Below, in pieces: positions 59,773 through 64,000 of a DNA stretch of 64,000 bases. Both the position numbers and the translations under genes were made by a program. How positions within the stretch are numbered: position 1 is the stretch's first letter; every line of letters begins with the position of its first letter. Origin of the DNA: Naegleria gruberi (Eukaryota); the NCBI GenBank assembly GCA_000004985.1, contig GG738859.1, one strand, 5' to 3'. A model generated the notes under the pieces. That model was not told the DNA's origin. It searched no databases and was given only the letters and a program-made list of their open reading frames with translations.

Positions 59773-62760
59773 TTACTTTTTCTTTTTAAGTGGAGAGCCA
59801 GATTTTAGAATCTTTTTCTTCTTTGGCTCAATTGATGGCGCTCTAGGTTTGCTTTGTGGTTGTTGTTTGCTTAGGGCAGGTGTTGTGTTTTTAACTAAGG
59901 ATCTCAGTTGGCCTAGTTCCTTTCCATGATGATTGATATCCTTCATGAGATCCATCATCTTTTGCTTGTAGTCTTTGAATTCATTGTTACATTCTTCTTG
60001 GAGTTTTTCAAAATCCTTCAATCTGGTTATGGAATGGGTGTTAGAAGTGTCTGTGTCTTCAGCTCCTGAAATTTCGAGTTGAGAAAGGTCTTCTTTTTTT
60101 CTTCTTACAACAACAGTACTACTGACGTTGTATTCGACCTCATCCTTCTTTTGATCCTTAGTTGGAGGGTGAGATAAATTAGGGGAATGATTTGTTTTTT
60201 GTTTTGATATTTCTACTACAGCCTTTTTGAAACGTCTCTTCTTTCTCTTAATTGTGCTACAGGATGATCCACATTCAGACTCTTCAAGTGAAGAATCAGA
60301 ATCAGAGTCTGTATCATCACTTGAATTGCTTGAATCCTCTATATGTGATTGAGATGTTTCATTCAGCTTGGGTGATGCCATCTTTGGTTCGGCTTTTCTA
60401 AAGAGTGGTTTAATACTATCAGATGTTTCTCTAACCTCTGAATCTCTTGATTTCGTTGAATCTCTTGTTACTCTTGAGCCACCATTGATATTTGGAGAGG
60501 GGTTCATTACATTATTAATGCTCTCTAAATGTTCACATCTTCTTTGGAGCCTTTCATTCTCTTTCTTTTCATTGTCAACTGTTTTCCTGAGCTCGATTAT
60601 CTTTTCTTCAAACATTTTCTCTCTTTTCATTATTTGATCCTTTAGCTTTTCATACTCTTCAGAAAACTTGGATTTTTGTTTTTCGGCTATCAACTGCAAT
60701 TTCTTTGATCGTTTTCTTTCTTCCTCATATTTGATTTTGTACTGATCTAATTGCTCTTCGACTGTTTTTTTAAGATTCAAAAACTTGGCTTCATATTCCT
60801 CAATCCTTTTTTCGCTTTCTAATTTCTGATCCCTTAGTTGACTTTCACTCTTGAGCAACTCTTTTACTCGTTGATTGTATTTTTCCTCTTCCTGCAATAT
60901 GATGTTTTCTTTTTCATTACTTAGATTAACAAGGGTTTGTCGCAGTTCTTGATAGTTTCTTGCCATATCTTTGGATTCACTTTCCAACTCCTTGATTTTT
61001 TCCTCTTTTTCCATGTAGCTTCGTCTTTCCTCTTCAATTTTCTTTGAGAGGGCTTCCAAGGTATCGTGTTGTTGTTGAATTCTGTTCATGTTAGAATTAA
61101 ATTAACATATGACAACTTACTGACTAGTTAATTTTTCATTTTTCTCTTTTAGTTCCTTGGATTTAACCTTATGGTTTTTAACTGTTTCATCAATCTTTTG
61201 TGAAAGCTCTTCATTATATTTCCTCAAATCATTGACTTCTGTTCCTAGCTGCTCAGCATGTTTTTTAATTTCCCTAGAGTGATTTAACAATTCGTCATAT
61301 CTCTTTCTAATATTTACATAAGATTTTTCCTTTTCCTTCCATTCAGTCTCCTTTTCCTTAAGAGTTTTTTGAAGTTGATTTGCTTCGTCTGTTTTGGCTT
61401 GTAATTTTTGTCTTAGTTGCAAAAGCTGCTCGTTTTGCTTCTTTGTTTTTGAACTTAAATCTGCTGACTCATTGCATGATGTTATTATTCTCTCATTCCA
61501 TTCCTTTTCTTTTTGTTTGAACTCTATCCATTTCTCTTCGTATAAACCTCTAAGTGCTTGGAGTTCTAAATCTTTTTCTCGTTCAATAGTTGAGGTTCTT
61601 TCTTCGTGAGCTTCAAGAAGTGCTTCATACTCCACAACTTGATTTGATAGAGATGCTAGTCTTCGTTCATAATCTCTTAACAAAACATCTTTCTCCAGAT
61701 CTCTTTTCTTCTTTTCCACTCGAACTCGATCATCCTCAATTCGTTCTGGTTGTTGGTTGATTGGCCTTTGCTTTTTGGTTTGTGGTTGAGTTTCCTTAGC
61801 CTTAGGTAATTTAGGAGCAATTATTGGAGAAACATCACTAGGTTCAGGGCTTGCAAAAGTAACATTGGGGGTTATTTTTTTTTGAGCTTGGTTTTCAGCT
61901 ACCACTTGTTGGGCAATTTCTGAAACAACGGCCTTTGGAGGAATTTTAGTTTCTGTTGAAGCTTTTACAGAAACAGGTCTTGTTTTCATTGTATTTACAT
62001 TGTCTTCAGTTTCTGTTAACTCAATTTGAGTTGTTTCATCGTCGCTACATTGAGAAATGTCATCAAATGTGAATGGTGTTGCACCCTGTTTTTTTCTTTC
62101 TTCGTTTTCCCTTCTATGTTTCTCCAGTAGTTGATTTACTGATGTTGGTGGTTTAGAAACTACTTGTTTCTTGGGTATGTATTGCTCTTCCTCCTCCTCT
62201 TCCTCAATGTCTGTGTTTTCAATTTGATCATCCTCTGTATCGCAATAAGTTTCTATCACAACTTGTTTGCGATTAGTATTATTTAGTTTTTTGCCTGGTT
62301 TAATTTCTTCAACATCCTCAATTAGAACGCTGATATCACTGTTTTCATCATGAGATGATTGAAGCAGATCATCTTGTATTGAGGAGAGACTCTTCATCTC
62401 TGCTTGCATTTCTCTCAGTGAGGAAAAGATGGCTGATGGTTTGATCAGTTTTTTGTTTCCTTGTTGTTCGTGACAAGAATCTACCATTACTGGAGATTCC
62501 ATGTCTGTATTTTCCTCTTCCAAATATTCATCTTCATCATAATGTTGATTCTCCTCATCATTAATTTCCGTATATTTAAATAATTTTGTTTTTGATGTTC
62601 GTATTGATGATGTATTTTCGATTGAAGGGGTTTTCTTCCTTAGTGATGATACATTTACTTTTTCCTTGTTAATCTGAGAGTGAGTGGTATTGGGCGAAAG
62701 TGTTGTTTGTCTTATTGATGAGCCAAGCACTCGTTTTGTTTGTTGAGAATTTTCATACAT
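59773..62760 (-). CDS. long coiled-coil protein (~983 aa); 2 exons (61121..62760, 59773..61081) joined by a 39-nt intron
   Basis: ATG 62758-62760. The upstream track ORF ends ...KLTSQ-TAA inside the intron gtaagttgtcatatgttaatttaattctaacatgaacag (61082..61120; branch ttctaac). Splicing gives ...KLTS-Q-IQQQHDTLEALSKK... in frame with track ORF 59773..61089. That ORF's apparent ATG lies inside the intron. The sequence is K/E/Q-rich and heptad-rich throughout, with a basic C-terminal tail. Confidence 0.5.
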
Positions 62761-62811
62761 TTTTTTCTTATTGGCGGGAAATTTTTGGCGCCAATTAACT
62801 ACACATATTTA

Positions 62812-64000
62812 TTATTGAAAATGTGAAGGGTACTTTGCCAAATAGGATTGAAGTGATTCTTGAATTTCATCAGTAAGTGATTCAAGTAGAATTTTTTTCT
62901 GTTCTCCAGATTCCATATTCTTAATTGAAATTTTACCTCCCTTCAATTCATCCTCTCCAATAATAATTGTGAGGAGTGATTTACTTTGTTGGGCTTGTTT
63001 CAATTGTTTTGATAAATTTCCCTTCTCAAAATAATTGATTGTAATGCCTTGTTTACGTAATTGTTGGGATAGAATAATAGCAAATTTAGACATTTCCTGA
63101 TCAATAGCTTCATTTGTGCCTCTGACGACTGAAACGAATACTTTTGGAATGTATTCTGGTTGAGGTTGAGTATTTCCCTTTTCCAGTTCTTCCATAATTA
63201 AGGAAAGTCTTTCAAATCCACTAGCCCAACTAGTTAGATGTTAAATTTTGAAATATTTTGTTAATATCAAAACAGAGTTAACTTACCCAACAGCTGGAAT
63301 TTGTTGATTGGCTCCTAATTGTTGAGATAATGTATCATAACGCCCACCTGCGAGAATGGTTGATTTGGCACCAATAACATTGCTCTTAAATTCAAATGTT
63401 GTATGGGTATAGTAATCAAGACCTCTAATAAGAGATGAGTTAATCTTGTATGGAATTTTCAACCATTTCAATCCTAAAAGTACATTTTCAAATCGTTTTC
63501 TATTTTCCTCACTTTGAAATTGAGCTAATTGGGGCATATCATGTTTTTCAATCAAATTTGCAATAAAATCTTCATCCTGTTTAGAGTCGAGAATTCTCCA
63601 AATTCTTCTTGGATTATTTTCTGCAATGGCAATTTCAACTCTAGCTCTACTGTCCTTTGAAAGATTTTCCTCCTGATCAAATAATTCCTTATTCTTTTTA
63701 ACATATTCTAAGAGAGCATGTTGATAATTTTCACGTTCTTTCAAAGTTCCAATAGAGTTAATTTCCAATTGAAATACATCATTTCTACCATCAAGAACAT
63801 TTGTTAAAAATTGATAAGCCATTTCCAAAGATTCCAAATCACTTTGATAATGATCACTTCCTAAATATTCCACTCCAAATTGATGAAATTGACGATATCT
63901 TCCTTTCTGTGGTCTTTCGTATCTAAACATTGGTCCATAATAGTAAATTCTTTGTTTTGTTGAGAGAGCATTTTCGATAACACTTCTCATAATTGGTGCT
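62812..64000 (-). CDS. histidyl-tRNA synthetase (class II aaRS), 5' end beyond window; 57-nt intron 63230..63286
   Basis: Upstream exon (63287..>64000): ...RIYYYGPMFRYERPQKGRYRQFHQFGVEYLG...GLDYYTHTTFEF...ILAGGRYDTLSQQLGANQQIPAVG. This is HisRS motif 2/3 (FRYE...QKGRYRQF; GGRYD). Downstream exon (62812..63229): WASGFERLSLIMEE...VFVSVVRG...LLTIIIGEDELKGGKISIKNMESGEQ is the anticodon-binding domain. The intron is gtaagttaactctg...catctaactag. Confidence 0.8.

Noticed and set aside
1-64000. CRISPR arrays, restriction-modification, toxin-antitoxin or other prokaryotic defence systems; IS elements or transposons.
   Set aside because: No direct-repeat/spacer array, no inverted terminal repeats or transposase or integrase ORFs, and no bacterial gene organisation were seen. 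All recognisable genes are eukaryotic with spliceosomal introns.
1-64000. Ciliate-type alternative genetic code (TAA/TAG = Gln) as an explanation for the AT-rich, N/Q-rich appearance and in-frame stops.
   Set aside because: TAA, TAG and TGA each terminate conserved proteins exactly at their expected C-termini (TSR1 TAA, SMC TAG, CENP-C and HisRS-exon TGA/TAA). Every internal stop examined is explained by a GT...AG intron.
1-64000. Dictyostelium-like origin suggested by AT-richness and poly-N/Q tracts.
   Set aside because: IFT27 implies a ciliated organism. The introns are much shorter than is typical for dictyostelids and carry CTAAC branch sites. The Leu codon mix (TTG/CTT as well as TTA) and a spacer AT content of about 75% do not fit. 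The conclusion remains tentative.

Overview
Eukaryotic nuclear DNA, not prokaryotic. It is about two-thirds AT and very gene-dense: roughly 40 protein-coding genes in 64 kb, with spacers often under 300 bp. Several convergent or tandem gene pairs have termini only 3-60 nt apart. The standard genetic code is in use: TAA, TAG and TGA all terminate well-conserved proteins at the expected C-termini. Three tRNA genes (Phe-GAA, Asn-GTT, Thr-AGT) carry downstream oligo-T Pol III terminators. Most genes contain one or two short spliceosomal introns that the six-frame track cannot show. Introns are 39-129 nt, mostly 39-60 nt. Donors are GTAAGT, GTAGGT, GTATGT, GTTTGT or GTTAGT; CTAAC/CTAAT-like branch sites sit near the 3' end; acceptors are AAG, TAG or CAG. 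Many track ORFs begin at GTG or TTG (shown as M) rather than ATG. Several adjacent track ORFs are exons of one gene. The recognisable content is eukaryotic housekeeping and cell biology: SMC2/4-type condensin ATPase, CENP-C-like, TSR1, TAF9, U1A/U2B'', fimbrin, cytidine deaminase, HisRS, Tim17/23 family, PRA1, SCAMP, CCDC22, AK6/Fap7 and IFT27 (implying cilia or flagella). There are also a fungal-type Zn2Cys6 factor, a plant/bacterial-type Ser/His decarboxylase, and an organelle-targeted bacterial-type BipA/TypA GTPase. Proteins are frequently N/Q/S/K/E-rich with long coiled coils. No CRISPR array, transposon or prokaryotic defence island was seen. Taxon guess (inference only): a flagellated, AT-rich, compact-genome microbial eukaryote, possibly a zoosporic fungus or relative. 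All splice coordinates were derived by hand and may be off by 1-2 nt.
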